64,000 bases of DNA from an uncultured Candidatus Rokubacteria bacterium (lineage in GTDB: Bacteria > Methylomirabilota > Methylomirabilia > Rokubacteriales > DASRDR01). A program made the position numbers and the translations under genes. The stretch lies in assembly GCA_963708025.1 (NCBI GenBank), contig CAVPSB010000026.1:1-64000 (forward strand), read 5' to 3'. The notes beneath the pieces were generated by a model. It had not been told where the DNA came from. It did not search any database and saw nothing but the letters and a program-made list of their open reading frames with translations. Below are positions 9,449 to 20,015 of the stretch, in pieces. Position 1 is the first letter of the stretch. Each line of letters begins with the position of its first letter.

Positions 9449-12400
9449 CTATCCTGGGACTGATGACGCTGGATCCTGGCTGATGCCGGCCATCTCGGCC
9501 CTGGCTCGCGCCAGCCCCGAAGTCATCTCCATCGAGCGAAAATGCTCGGCGGCAGCGGCCAGCGTCTGCTGGGCATCGTGAAGCCGCCCGGTAGCGCGGT
9601 ACCAGACGCCGAGGTCGAGCTGGCAGTGGGCGAGGAGCGGACGCATCTCCAGCGCCTTGGCGACGGCTCCAGCCTGACGGTAGAGCGCCTCGGCGTCCTG
9701 CCCCTCTCGCGCCCCCTGCCGGGCGGCGATGTTTCCGAGCAGGCGAAGCACGTGAGCCTCGTTGCCACGTTCGCCGTGATCGCGGGTGAACGCCAGCGTG
9801 CGCCGAGCCAGCGCCAGCGCATCGTCGCCCCGGCCGGCCAGGAGGTAGGCTTCGCTCAGCCAGGTCGCCCACACCGAGTGCCGGGCCATGATGCGCTTGG
9901 CCGCCGCCTGCTCGACGCCCTCTTCCAGCAGTGGGATCGCCTCGGGCAGCCGTCCGGCGAGGGCGTAGGCGTAGCCCAGCGTCGAGGTGAGGCCGATCGA
10001 AAGGGCCGAGACCTTGCTGATGCCGCTGATGGTTGGGCCGCGTGCCAGCAGGGTGGTGGCGAGGTGAAGGTCGCCCTTGCGCAGATAGAGGACTGCGAGG
10101 TTGATGTAGGCCTGCCCCAGGCTGAAGGCGTGATCGGCTTCCTCGGCGATCCGGATCGCCTCCTCACCGAGCCCGATGCCCTCGGCGAACCGCCCGAGCT
10201 CGGTGAGGCAGCCCACTAGGTAGGCGCGGGAGGTGACGGCCGGAAGGCCGGCCCAACCGAACCGCTCGCCCAGCGAGGCTCCCTCCAGTGCGCTTACCGT
10301 CCGGCGCAGGCAGTCGATCGCCCGTCCGTAGTCCCCCACCGCGAAGTATGCGAGACCCACGTTGACGTTGGCCGTCTGGAGGGCGAAGTCCCCCAGCTCC
10401 TCCGCGATGGCCAGCGCCCGCTGGCCCGACTCGATGGCCCGGGCGTGGTCGCCCATGCGCCAGAAGTAGTGCGTCATGTAGGCGGCCACCCACCCGAGGC
10501 GCCGACGGTCGCCGAGCGCCTCGGCGAGTGCCCTGGCCTGGTTCAGGTGATCGAGGATCTGATCGAGTTGGCCCAGGGCGAACAGCGCGTTGCGGAGGTC
10601 GAACCGGAGATCGATGGCCTGGGCCAGTTCCTCCGGGGTCCGGGGCAGGTGCTGCTGGGCGTCCAGCGCCTGCTCGAAGCACGTGATCGCCTGCCGGTAC
10701 GCCGACTGACTGACCGCCTTGGCTCCCGCCTGGCGCAGGTAGCGGACGGCCTTGTCCCACACGCCGCCGCGCAGGGCGTGCTGGGCCAGACGCTCCACTC
10801 GCTCTCCGGGGTGGCCCGCGGACAGCTCCTCGAGCGCCCCGACGATCCTGGCGTGCAGCGTCCGTCGGCGCTCCTGAACGAGACCGCCGTAGGTCACCTC
10901 ATGAGTCAGCGCGTGCTTGAACGTGTATTCCAATTCCGGGAACAGGGTGACCTCGAGGAGGAATTCAGCGGTCTGCAGGTCGGCCAGGTTGGAACGCAGC
11001 TCGCCCTCGGGCAGGTCGGTGATCGCCTTCAGGAGGGCGAAGGACACGTCCTTGCCGACGACGGATGCCGTCTGGAGCAAGCTTTTCTCGGCGGGGGCCA
11101 GCCGGTCGATACGGGCGGCCAGGACGGCCTGCACCGTAGCCGGGACCTTGATGACCTCGAGCGGCCGGACCAGCTGGTAGGCCCCACGCTGCCCCTCGAT
11201 GGCGTGCGTCTCAACGAGGGTGTGCACGCACTCCTCGAGGAAAAAGGGGTTACGCGCCGTGCGGTCCACGAGGAGCTGTTTGAGCGGCGCCAGCCCCGGC
11301 CCCTCGCCGAGCAGGGCGTCGAGAAGCTCCTCGGCGCCCTCGGGTGGGAGCGGGTCGACGCGGACCTGGGCGTAGTAGCTCTTGCCCCCCCAACCGTGGT
11401 GGTACTCCGGCCTGTAGTTGACGAGGAGGAGTACTCGGGCACTCGGGAGGCTTTCTACGAGGTTGTCCAGGAGGGCCTGGGTCTCGGAATCGATCCAGTG
11501 CAGGTCCTCGACGACGAGCAGCAGGGGCTGGATCTGGCTCTCCCGGAGCAGCAGACGCTTGATAGCTTCGAACGTGCGCTGGCGCCGCTCGGGGGGGTCG
11601 AGCGTCAGGAAGGGGCTCTCCTCAGGGAGCGCGTCGAGTAAGCCGAGAACGGCGGGGATCGTCTCCTCGAGCAGCCGGTCGAGGGTCAGTACCTTGGTGG
11701 TGACGCGCTCCCGGATCGCCCGGCGGTCATCGCGCTCACCGATGCGGAAGAAGCTGCGGAGCAGGTCACGAACCGGGCCGTAGGCAGCCGCCCGCCCGTA
11801 GGAGACGGACCGACTCTCCAGGATGAGCCAGTCGCGCGTTCGCTCCGAGTGCGTGAACTCCCAGACGAGGCGCGACTTCCCCACGCCCGGCTCGCCGACC
11901 AGGGCCACCACCTGTCCGCGCCGGCCCGCGGCCTCGTCGAGGCCGTGACCCAACGCCTCGATCTCGCGCTCGCGCCCGACGAAGCGCGTGAGGCCCCGCG
12001 CGCCGCCCGCCTGGATCCGCGTCCGGGCATGCCCGGGCTCCACCAGACGGAACACCGCCACCGGCTCGGCCACCCCCCTGATCGGGACGAGGCCGAGGGA
12101 GGCGACCTGCATGTACCCCTCAACCAGACGGAAGGTGTCGGCGGTCAGTAGCGTCTCGCCAGGAGCGGCCAGTTGCTCCATGCGGGCGGCCAGGTGTGTC
12201 GTCATGCCGATGGCCGAATAGTCCATGTGCAGGTCGCTGCTGATCGCGCGAACCAGCACGTCGCCCGAGTTTAGCCCCACACGGGCTTGGATGGCCACGC
12301 CGTGGGCCCCCCGCATCTCCTCGGCGTGGCGGCCGATCTCGGCCTGCATCGCCAGGGCGGCGTAGCAGCCGCGCAGCGCGTGGTCCTCCAGCGCCAGCGG

Positions 12401-12853
12401 CGCCCCGAAGAGGGCCATGATGCCGTCGCCGAGCACCTGGTTGACGGTACCCTCGTAGCGGTGGACGGCTTCCATCATCCGCTCGAGGATCGGATCCAGC
12501 AGGCGCCGCGCCTCCTCGGGGTCGCGCTCGGCGAGCATCTCCGTGGAGCCCTTCACGTCGGCGAAGAGCACGGTCACCTGCTTCCGCTCGCCCTCCAGGG
12601 CTGTCCGCGACGTGAGGATCCGCTCGGCCAGGTGCCGGGGCGTGTAGCGGTGGGGCCCTTCGGGGCGTGGGCCGGCGACGAAGGGCGCGGCCGGTGCGCC
12701 CAGGCTAGTGCCACAGGAGTCGCAGAAGCGGCTGTCGAGCTCGGCCGGCACGCCGCAGGTCGGGCAGGCCACCGCGGTGAGGTGGGTCCCGCACTCGTGG
12801 CAGAAGCGCGCCTCGTCACGGTTATGACCCAAGCAACGTGGGCACTTCTTCAC
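9449..12853 (-). CDS. Double zinc ribbon - class III adenylate/guanylate cyclase - AAA ATPase - TPR protein
   Basis: Four CxxC; VTVLFADVKGST, LGDGIMALFGAP, VGLNSG; Walker A GEPGVGKS; LVVEDLHW; FKHALT; TPR-like C-terminus. Confidence 0.92.
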   Translation of the reverse strand: MKKCPRCLGHNRDEARFCHECGTHLTAVACPTCGVPAELDSRFCDSCGTSLGAPAAPFVAGPRPEGPHRYTPRHLAERILTSRTALEGERKQVTVLFADVKGSTEMLAERDPEEARRLLDPILERMMEAVHRYEGTVNQVLGDGIMALFGAPLALEDHALRGCYAALAMQAEIGRHAEEMRGAHGVAIQARVGLNSGDVLVRAISSDLHMDYSAIGMTTHLAARMEQLAAPGETLLTADTFRLVEGYMQVASLGLVPIRGVAEPVAVFRLVEPGHARTRIQAGGARGLTRFVGREREIEALGHGLDEAAGRRGQVVALVGEPGVGKSRLVWEFTHSERTRDWLILESRSVSYGRAAAYGPVRDLLRSFFRIGERDDRRAIRERVTTKVLTLDRLLEETIPAVLGLLDALPEESPFLTLDPPERRQRTFEAIKRLLLRESQIQPLLLVVEDLHWIDSETQALLDNLVESLPSARVLLLVNYRPEYHHGWGGKSYYAQVRVDPLPPEGAEELLDALLGEGPGLAPLKQLLVDRTARNPFFLEECVHTLVETHAIEGQRGAYQLVRPLEVIKVPATVQAVLAARIDRLAPAEKSLLQTASVVGKDVSFALLKAITDLPEGELRSNLADLQTAEFLLEVTLFPELEYTFKHALTHEVTYGGLVQERRRTLHARIVGALEELSAGHPGERVERLAQHALRGGVWDKAVRYLRQAGAKAVSQSAYRQAITCFEQALDAQQHLPRTPEELAQAIDLRFDLRNALFALGQLDQILDHLNQARALAEALGDRRRLGWVAAYMTHYFWRMGDHARAIESGQRALAIAEELGDFALQTANVNVGLAYFAVGDYGRAIDCLRRTVSALEGASLGERFGWAGLPAVTSRAYLVGCLTELGRFAEGIGLGEEAIRIAEEADHAFSLGQAYINLAVLYLRKGDLHLATTLLARGPTISGISKVSALSIGLTSTLGYAYALAGRLPEAIPLLEEGVEQAAAKRIMARHSVWATWLSEAYLLAGRGDDALALARRTLAFTRDHGERGNEAHVLRLLGNIAARQGAREGQDAEALYRQAGAVAKALEMRPLLAHCQLDLGVWYRATGRLHDAQQTLAAAAEHFRSMEMTSGLARARAEMAGISQDPASSVPG

Positions 12854-12947
12854 ACGTTCTCCACACTCGGGCCGATCTCAACAGCCCTTGAGCGAGCTTA
12901 GCCGGTGGTGCCCCGAGGGTCAACTGTCACCCTCGATCGCTTTTGCC

Positions 12948-12976
12948 TTGACAACGCTACGACCCGACTCTAGGCT
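12948..12976 (+). promoter_or_regulatory. Sigma70-type promoter upstream of the glycosyltransferase
   Basis: TTGACA-N17-TAGGCT. Confidence 0.55.
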
Positions 12977-13094
12977 CGACGCCACCCGAGGCCCTCCCGA
13001 TGACGAATCCGCGGCTGTTGAGCCGGAGACCGACGCCAGTGCGGTCGGCGAGGAGGCCTCTCCGCGGTCCGAGCTAGCCATGGAAGCCCGGTAG

Positions 13095-14375
13095 ATGCAG
13101 CCCGCGTCTGGCACCCCGTTCGACTCGAAACCACCGATGTTGCCGGACGTGGGGGTGCTCGCCCTCGTCCCGGAGCCCTGGAGCGTGGTCTGGCAAGTCC
13201 GTCACCAGATCCTGAGGCGGCTTGCCCGATACTTCCACGTCGTCTGGGCCAACCCGCCGCTCCACTGGCGTGCCGCCCTGAACGAGATGTGGCGGCCGCA
13301 GGCCGAGCGTCATGCTCATCCGCCCGGATTCCATGTCCACCCGGCCGAGGTCTGGCTCCCCAAGTTCTACCGGCCCTCGTGGCTGGCGAGCCTGACGACG
13401 CGGCTGCGGCTCGAGCAGGCCAGGAACATTCTCACCCAGGCCGGCTGTGAGGCGATTCTGCTGTCGCTGTGGCGTCCGGAGTTCGCCGACGCCATGCGCC
13501 ACCTGCCATCCTGCAAGAGCTGTTACCACATCGACGACGAGTACTCGTTCTCCGACGTCGAGGTCGCTCTGAGCGACCAGGAGCGAACGCTGATCGCTCA
13601 AGTGGACCAGGTCTTCGTTTCGTCCCCGAGCCTACGGCTGAAGAAAGGCGGCATCAATCGCCACACGGCGTACGTGCCCAACGGGGTGGACTACCCGGCC
13701 TACGCGACGGTTTATTCAGAGCCCGACGATCTGGCCAGGATCCCGCGGCCGCGGATCGGCTATAGCGGTGTCCTCAAGCGCCATCTCGACTGGCCACTCC
13801 TGTTTCGACTGACTGAACTGCGACCGAGCTGGTCGTTCGTCTTCGTCGGCCCCATTCAGGACGATCCGGTGACGCACAGCGCGGTGCAATGTCTGGCCGC
13901 GCGGCCGAATGTCCACTTGCTCGGGTGCAAACCGGCCTACGAGCTGCCGCCCTACCCGCAGCACTTCGACGTGTGCGTCATGCCCTATGTCGTGAACGAC
14001 TACACGCGATATATCTATCCGCTCAAGCTGCACGAGTACCTGGCCACCGGGCGTCCCGTCGTCGGCGTCCCGATCCCGTCGCTGGAGCGCTTTGCGGACG
14101 TGGTGACCCTGGCCCACGACGCCGAGGGCTGGATGCTGGCGCTCGACGCGGCCCTGGCGGCGGCGGCCAACAGCACCGAGAGCCAGGCGGCCCGCCGTGC
14201 GATCGCGCGGGCTCACGACTGGGAGGGACTCGTTCAGCATATGGCACGGTTGCTGGCCGAGCGGCTGGGACCGTCATACGTCACACGCCTCGAAGTGGCT
14301 CTCCAACTCGGCGCGACCGCCGAGTCGGCCGATGGCGTGTCGTGGCCGGGAACGGCTCCTCGTGGGTCTCTTTGA
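13095..14375 (+). CDS. GT-B (family 4-like) glycosyltransferase
   Basis: YHIDDEY, VPNGVD, IGYSGVL, FDVCVMPY, YPLKLHEYLATGRPVV. Confidence 0.88.
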   Translation: MQPASGTPFDSKPPMLPDVGVLALVPEPWSVVWQVRHQILRRLARYFHVVWANPPLHWRAALNEMWRPQAERHAHPPGFHVHPAEVWLPKFYRPSWLASLTTRLRLEQARNILTQAGCEAILLSLWRPEFADAMRHLPSCKSCYHIDDEYSFSDVEVALSDQERTLIAQVDQVFVSSPSLRLKKGGINRHTAYVPNGVDYPAYATVYSEPDDLARIPRPRIGYSGVLKRHLDWPLLFRLTELRPSWSFVFVGPIQDDPVTHSAVQCLAARPNVHLLGCKPAYELPPYPQHFDVCVMPYVVNDYTRYIYPLKLHEYLATGRPVVGVPIPSLERFADVVTLAHDAEGWMLALDAALAAAANSTESQAARRAIARAHDWEGLVQHMARLLAERLGPSYVTRLEVALQLGATAESADGVSWPGTAPRGSL

Positions 14376-14407
14376 CGGCGCGTTCGTTCCGGCCCGGCGG
14401 AGGAGGA

Positions 14408-15271
14408 TCAGTACAGCAGGACCTTGAACTCCCGGTGTCCCGCCACCGAGGCGCGCAGGACGCAGAGGCCGACCCTCCCGAGATCGACGGCGAGCCCGAC
14501 TCGCTCATCCCGAGCGATCGTGCTCCACGCGTCTTTCATCCCATCGGACCACGCGATGTCGTCGAGGACCAAGAGCGCCGTCTCGGCCAGAAACGGGATC
14601 GTCTGCTCGACGTAGGCGAGGGTGGCTTGCCCGTCGTGATGGCCATCGATGAACACGTAGTCAACCGGCTGTCGGCGCTCCAGCACATCATCCAGCGTGT
14701 CCTCGAACCTCCCGGCCACCACCTCGACCATACCGAGGCCGAGGCGGCGAAGGTTGTCCCGCGCGATGTCCGCCAGTGAACCCGCGCCCTCGAGCGTCGT
14801 GAAGGTTCCACGCCCGTTTAGCGTCAGCGCCGCCGCCTGATAGGCCGCCGAGATGCCGACGGCCGTGCCCATCTCGATACACGACGTCGGCCGGAGGGTG
14901 CGCACGAACCGAAACAGGAGCGAGCACCAGAAGGGGGACTTGCTCGCGACCGTGCAGATTTCACCGAGCGCTTGCGTCACCTCGACACCCGCTCGCATCG
15001 TCTCCGGCGCGCGTTTCGAGTCCGGACTTCCGGCGCCGTGGTCCGTCCACGTGATCGGCGTCGCGGACGCGTTCATCTCGGCGCGAAGATGCTCGATACG
15101 CTCGAACCAGACCCGCTCGTCGAGCGTCGATGCGGGTCTCGAGGCCGACTTGAGGGCGTGAACGATGGAACGGGCGACGTGATCACGTTCGCGGCCCAAC
15201 CGGTAGAGATTCCACGAGCGTTGGGCGGCGCGTCGAAGCGTGAGGAGGCGTGCGGCGACGCCGCCGGGCAT
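14408..15271 (-). CDS. Class I SAM-dependent methyltransferase (Methyltransf_24-like)
   Basis: IEMGTAVGIS, DYVFIDGHH, VLDDIAWS. Confidence 0.85.
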   Translation of the reverse strand: MPGGVAARLLTLRRAAQRSWNLYRLGRERDHVARSIVHALKSASRPASTLDERVWFERIEHLRAEMNASATPITWTDHGAGSPDSKRAPETMRAGVEVTQALGEICTVASKSPFWCSLLFRFVRTLRPTSCIEMGTAVGISAAYQAAALTLNGRGTFTTLEGAGSLADIARDNLRRLGLGMVEVVAGRFEDTLDDVLERRQPVDYVFIDGHHDGQATLAYVEQTIPFLAETALLVLDDIAWSDGMKDAWSTIARDERVGLAVDLGRVGLCVLRASVAGHREFKVLLY

Positions 15272-15355
15272 CGCTATGTCATCCTCTCCTTGCCCACGAC
15301 GGCCCCGGGGCAGGGGGGTGGGATGAGTGGGTGAGTTTCGTGATACCCTCCTCCC

Positions 15356-16306
15356 ATGTCGACGACGCCTCCCCCGTACCTCTCAGTGGTCGTCGAGCTC
15401 GACAATGTGCTCCACGGCGAGGTCGCCCGGGCCCAAACGATGCTGACCCGACTCCTCGATCAGATCCGGGAGAACAAGCTCGAGCCGCGGGTGGAGGTTC
15501 TCGTGATGTACGACGAGACGGCCATCCGCCCGAAGGATGCCGAACGCATCGTCGCGACGACCGCAGCCGAGATTCCATTCGTCCAGCTGGTGCCGACCGA
15601 GAGCCTCAGATACTACTCGCTGAAGAACGAAGGGGGGCGGCGGACGAAGGGCGAAATCCTTCTCTTCGTGGACAGTGATTGCCTGCCCGAGGATGACTGG
15701 CTCCGACGGCTCCTCGAGTCGTTCCACAATCCCGAGGTCGACTTGGTGACCGGCAATAGCTACGTCGATCGGGACACGTTCTACGCGAAGACCTTCGCGG
15801 CGGGCTGGTACTTTCCGCCTCGCCTGCCCGATGGTCCGTTGGTGACCGTCCGGACGACGTTCGTGAACACCCTGGCGATGCGGCGACACATCTTCGACAA
15901 GTACCCGTTTCCGGAAGTGACCTCCCTGTACATGGGCCAAGGTGTCACCTGGAACAGGACCCTGGCGACGAACCACGTCCCCATTTTCCTGAACCCGAGC
16001 GCGCGGGTAGCCCACCCGCCTCCGGTGTTCCTGCGCAGTGCCATCGTCAATGGCTACGACACTGCTCAGCGCACACGCCAGCCCGGCGAGACCAAGCTCC
16101 AAGGCTTGAAAGCGACGTACTGGGGGTTTCGGCAAAACCTCACCCGGCTTCGTGGCATCAGGCTCCGCTATCGGGACGTCGGACTCCCACGCGCTGCGGT
16201 CCCGCTCGCGATCGCGCTGGCGGGAGTGTACTGGACTCTATGGAGTATAGCCGATCTGGTCACGCGCTGGGCGCCTCGCCTGATTCCGCACAAGCACCTG
16301 AGGTGA
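15356..16306 (+). CDS. GT2 family glycosyltransferase
   Basis: LSVVV..., LKNEG, ILLFVDSDC (DxD). Confidence 0.8.
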   Translation: MSTTPPPYLSVVVELDNVLHGEVARAQTMLTRLLDQIRENKLEPRVEVLVMYDETAIRPKDAERIVATTAAEIPFVQLVPTESLRYYSLKNEGGRRTKGEILLFVDSDCLPEDDWLRRLLESFHNPEVDLVTGNSYVDRDTFYAKTFAAGWYFPPRLPDGPLVTVRTTFVNTLAMRRHIFDKYPFPEVTSLYMGQGVTWNRTLATNHVPIFLNPSARVAHPPPVFLRSAIVNGYDTAQRTRQPGETKLQGLKATYWGFRQNLTRLRGIRLRYRDVGLPRAAVPLAIALAGVYWTLWSIADLVTRWAPRLIPHKHLR

Positions 16307-16343
16307 TCGTCGTCGGCAACGGCTGAGCTTCGCCGTCACCCCG

Positions 16344-17216
16344 CTAGTGCGGTCGCTTCAGCATCCGTCCGATCATGACCGTGGCACCGATCGCGAGGTG
16401 CCAGCCGACTCGGAGCGTGGCCAGGCGATCCCGGCCGGATCCTCGCCAGAGACCCCGCCACAGACCGTAGATCTCCCACCAGGCGTGTCGGGTGACGGTC
16501 GGATCGCCGCTGAGGATGAACTTTGCGTAGTACGCACCGCGGCCGCGCGGGTACTCGACGCTGCGGTTGCGCGGCGCAGGGCGGTGAAAGACGACGGGTC
16601 TCGGGGAGAAGCGGGCCCGGAAGCCTGCCCGCAGGACTCGTCGAATGAAGTCGATGTCCTCGTAGGCGAGCCCCCGGCCGGGGCCCAGGCGGGTATCACG
16701 GCCGCCAACCGCGGCGATGACGTGGCGCCGCGCGGCCAGGTTACAGCCAGCCGCGAGCCCTTCCAGGAGGCACGTCGCCACGATGTTGACGACTCGGTCG
16801 TTGCGACTGACCGCCACGCCACGTTGGTCGGGATCCGCGTTCTGGACGCGGCCGCCGAGCAGGTCGAGCTCCGGATCGCGACGGAACTCGTTGACGACCT
16901 CGGCGACCCATCTCTCCTCCACGGTCACGTCGTCGTCGAGGAAGGCCACGATCGAGCCGCGTGCCGCGGCGGTGCCGGTGTTGACCGCGACCGCCTTGCC
17001 CCGGCGGGCCTCGGTCAGGAACCTGATGGCCAGCGTGTCGTTGGCGAGGCGGAGAGCGGCTGCCTCGATGGCGAGGTCGTGAGCCCCGTTGTTCACGATG
17101 ATCACCTCCACCGTCCAGTCCGGGGGCGGAGCGCTGCGCTGCAGCGACCCCAAGCAGGCCAGAAGGTGCTCTGGGCGATCCCGGGTGGCAATGACGACGC
17201 TGATGACTTCGTTCAC
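16344..17216 (-). CDS. GT2 family glycosyltransferase
   Basis: ISVVIATRDRP, IIVNN, GKAVAVNTG, AFLDDD, YEDIDF. Confidence 0.88.
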   Translation of the reverse strand: MNEVISVVIATRDRPEHLLACLGSLQRSAPPPDWTVEVIIVNNGAHDLAIEAAALRLANDTLAIRFLTEARRGKAVAVNTGTAAARGSIVAFLDDDVTVEERWVAEVVNEFRRDPELDLLGGRVQNADPDQRGVAVSRNDRVVNIVATCLLEGLAAGCNLAARRHVIAAVGGRDTRLGPGRGLAYEDIDFIRRVLRAGFRARFSPRPVVFHRPAPRNRSVEYPRGRGAYYAKFILSGDPTVTRHAWWEIYGLWRGLWRGSGRDRLATLRVGWHLAIGATVMIGRMLKRPH

Positions 17217-17642
17217 GTGAGCGATCTCACCTGGCAGCGGGGAACCGGCTCGCGGGAAGAGGGTCCGCCGGAAGGCGACACCCTGTCAAGCGTCCCGCCG
17301 GCCGCACTATCCTCTCGTCCATGCGATTGGGCGCGAGCCACAGCACCCATCCAGTGCATGATAATATCCAGAAACAGCGTGGTGTTCACCGGTCGCTACG
17401 CTTGCTCGACGGCTGCCAGGACATGCCCCGGGGTTCATCGATTGGAGTTCCCGGGCGACGATTGGCCGCAGCGGTCGCCCAGCTCAAATGCAGATCCAGC
17501 GCCGCACGTGCTCAAGCCGTGGCAAGAAACGGCAGTCTTACGCTTGACTCTGAACGAATTCAGCCGGTGTCCGCCGAGGCGATCGCGGTAGGTTTGGCCG
17601 GCTCCGCTACCGGGACCAGACTCGAAGGAGGAGCCCTCCCCC

Positions 17643-19466
17643 GTGCGCTTTTGCGGCAGCCTTCGTTGGAAGGTCGCACCCCGATCGCGGCCCTCACCTT
17701 CGACGCTTGCCCTTCTCGGTGAAGGGGCCGTAGACTGTACGCCCCCCGGCAGTGCGCGCGTGCGCGTCGCTGCGTGGTCGCCGGTCGGCGGCCGCCCCAC
17801 ACGGCGTGCAGTCGCCGTCGCCGACGGAGTCGCCGTCCTATTCAGTGGCTACCTCCGGGACATTCCACCACGCCACGAAGGCGAGGCGGCTCACGTTCTC
17901 GAGAAATACCGTGCCGGCGACTGGAGCTGGCTCCGAGAGGCCAGCGGGGTCTTCGCCTTTGCCGTGGTGGACGAGCAGGCCGATCGCTGCGTGTTGGGCG
18001 TGGACCGTCTGGGGATCCGGCCGCTGTTCTTCTGCGTCAGCGCGGAGGCCGTGACTTTCGCCGGCACGCTGTCGGCCGCCATACCCTGGGCCACGGGCCG
18101 ACCCGAGCCGGACTGGGACACGCTCCAGGAGCTGATGGTGCTCGGCTTCCCGCTCACCAGCCGGACATTCCTCAGCGGAGTCGAGCGCGTGCCACCCGGT
18201 GCGGTGCTCGAGGTCCGGAGCGGTACGCTGCGGGCCAACCGTTACTGGTCGCTCGAGGAGGTGGCCACGATCCGGTCCCAGCCGGTCGAGGGCTTTCTGG
18301 ACGAAGCCCGGGAGCGACTACGGCACGCGCTGGGGCGACTGCTGGAGCGGGCCCAGGCGCCGACCCTCTGCCCGCTCAGCTCGGGCTACGACTCGCGCCG
18401 CCTCCTCCTGGAGGCGCATGCTCTCGGGGCACCGCTGGCGACGGCGGTGACCGCCGTGTGGCCGTACCCGGGCCGGGGTGGAACCACCATCGAGCCGACC
18501 GTGACCGGCGAGCTGTGCCAAAGGCTGGGGCTGCTCCGTCGGCTCGTCCCGCTTCCCCGGGCGGGCGGAGCGGTCGAGCCCCGGCTCGCACGGCACGTGC
18601 GCGACGTCCTTCTGGACTTCCAGGTCTACGGGCGCCATCACATCTGGGCGGTGCCGCTCGTGGCCACCCTGCCGGCCTCGGACCGGCAAGCGAGTCTCGA
18701 CGGCATGGCGGGCGACACCTTGTTCAACAATCCGTTCTACTCGCTGCCTCGTGCGGTATGGGGTCGATGGCGGCCGGATGTGGACGTCCTTGACGCTATC
18801 GCACCCGGGCGAGAGACCGTTGACCGACCCTGGGGAGACCTGCTCTCACGGTCCCTCTCGGCGCGGATCGCCGATGCCCTGACCGCGCTGCCCGAGGGCC
18901 CCAATCGCCTGTCGTTTTTCTACCTGCTCGGCCGGACCCGAACGATGGTGGCCCTGCTACCCTACGGGCTCCTGGACTTGCGCCTGGAATCCCTCTGTCC
19001 ATACCTCGACCGCGACGTCGTGGACCATGCCCTGTCGTTCGATCCCGTCCTCAAGGGCGATTTGCGGCTTCAGGAGCGGGCGCTCCGGCTCCACTTTCCA
19101 GCGTTTGCCGACATCCCGTCCTCTCATTCCCCGCCTTCTGCGGTTCCGCCCGCGTATCTCCTCGAGATGGAGTTCACCGATCTCGACTTCCCCGGACGCC
19201 TCACCAGCCGCGATCTCGCCCGGCTCTTGTTCAGGAGAGCCGGTGATCGGCTACCCCGGATCGCCGGCAAGGATCTCGCCTTCGCCGGCCTGAGCACCGT
19301 CGGCTTAGGTCGGTTCGTCGGTCGATGGCGCGAGCCGCGCCTTCGTGATCTCCTGCAGGCCGCCCGGGCGCTCGCCCTGCTCGGCGGTGGCGACAGCGAG
19401 CGGGTAGCGCGGGCACAGGCAGCGGCTCTGACCTGGCTCGAACGTTGGCGACGGAGTGGCTGCTGA
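17643..19466 (+). CDS. Asparagine synthase-related amidotransferase (likely polysaccharide modification)
   Basis: Degenerate GATase region (GVFAFAVVD, DRLGIRPLF), PLSSGYDSR, LDGMAGD, PYLDRDVV. Confidence 0.75.
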   Translation: MRFCGSLRWKVAPRSRPSPSTLALLGEGAVDCTPPGSARVRVAAWSPVGGRPTRRAVAVADGVAVLFSGYLRDIPPRHEGEAAHVLEKYRAGDWSWLREASGVFAFAVVDEQADRCVLGVDRLGIRPLFFCVSAEAVTFAGTLSAAIPWATGRPEPDWDTLQELMVLGFPLTSRTFLSGVERVPPGAVLEVRSGTLRANRYWSLEEVATIRSQPVEGFLDEARERLRHALGRLLERAQAPTLCPLSSGYDSRRLLLEAHALGAPLATAVTAVWPYPGRGGTTIEPTVTGELCQRLGLLRRLVPLPRAGGAVEPRLARHVRDVLLDFQVYGRHHIWAVPLVATLPASDRQASLDGMAGDTLFNNPFYSLPRAVWGRWRPDVDVLDAIAPGRETVDRPWGDLLSRSLSARIADALTALPEGPNRLSFFYLLGRTRTMVALLPYGLLDLRLESLCPYLDRDVVDHALSFDPVLKGDLRLQERALRLHFPAFADIPSSHSPPSAVPPAYLLEMEFTDLDFPGRLTSRDLARLLFRRAGDRLPRIAGKDLAFAGLSTVGLGRFVGRWREPRLRDLLQAARALALLGGGDSERVARAQAAALTWLERWRRSGC

Positions 19467-19634
19467 TGAGACAAGTGCGTAGCAGCCTGGCAGCAGGGAT
19501 TCCAGTCCGGCTCGGTGCGCGGAGGGGCGGCGCGTCGTCGGCGAGCCTGGCGGTCAGTGACGAAAATTCGGGTACCACCAGTGTCTCGCTCGAGCACACG
19601 ACACCCAAGTCGTTGTTATTCGAAGTGTCCGCGT

Positions 19635-19650
19635 TGGCATGTCCGTTGCT
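19635..19650 (+). promoter_or_regulatory. Sigma54 (-24/-12) promoter motif
   Basis: TGGCAT-GTCCG-TTGCT; AT-richer segment just upstream. Confidence 0.5.
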
Positions 19651-20015
19651 CAACAAGTGGGGTCGCCGGGCATGGCGGGACCGGCGTCCCCGGTGGCCCG
19701 AGCCGGGCCGCGCGGAGGCATCCGATCGTGGCTGAAGCACTGTGCGCCGTGTGTGGGTGAATGCTGGAAGGCATCGGCCGAAGAGAGCGTGCGGATCGCG
19801 CCGGTGAGCCCCTCGAAGCACAGTCGCGCGGCTGGCAGGGCGCGGGCGACCGGCGAGAACGTGTGCACGGCGGCACACCTTCTGGAAGGGATGGCGATAC
19901 CGTGTCACCGTTGCGCCCGCGCGGCCGGGTTTGCTTGACGGCCGGTTCGGACGCGGAGTAGACTGACTTCCGCCTCCGCCTGTGCCGCGCCTGATCCGCC
20001 GGGACGGAGTTCGAG

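Noticed and set aside
17643-19466. Lasso peptide cyclase
   Set aside because: No precursor, RRE or B protease nearby; the glycosyltransferase context fits polysaccharide amidation
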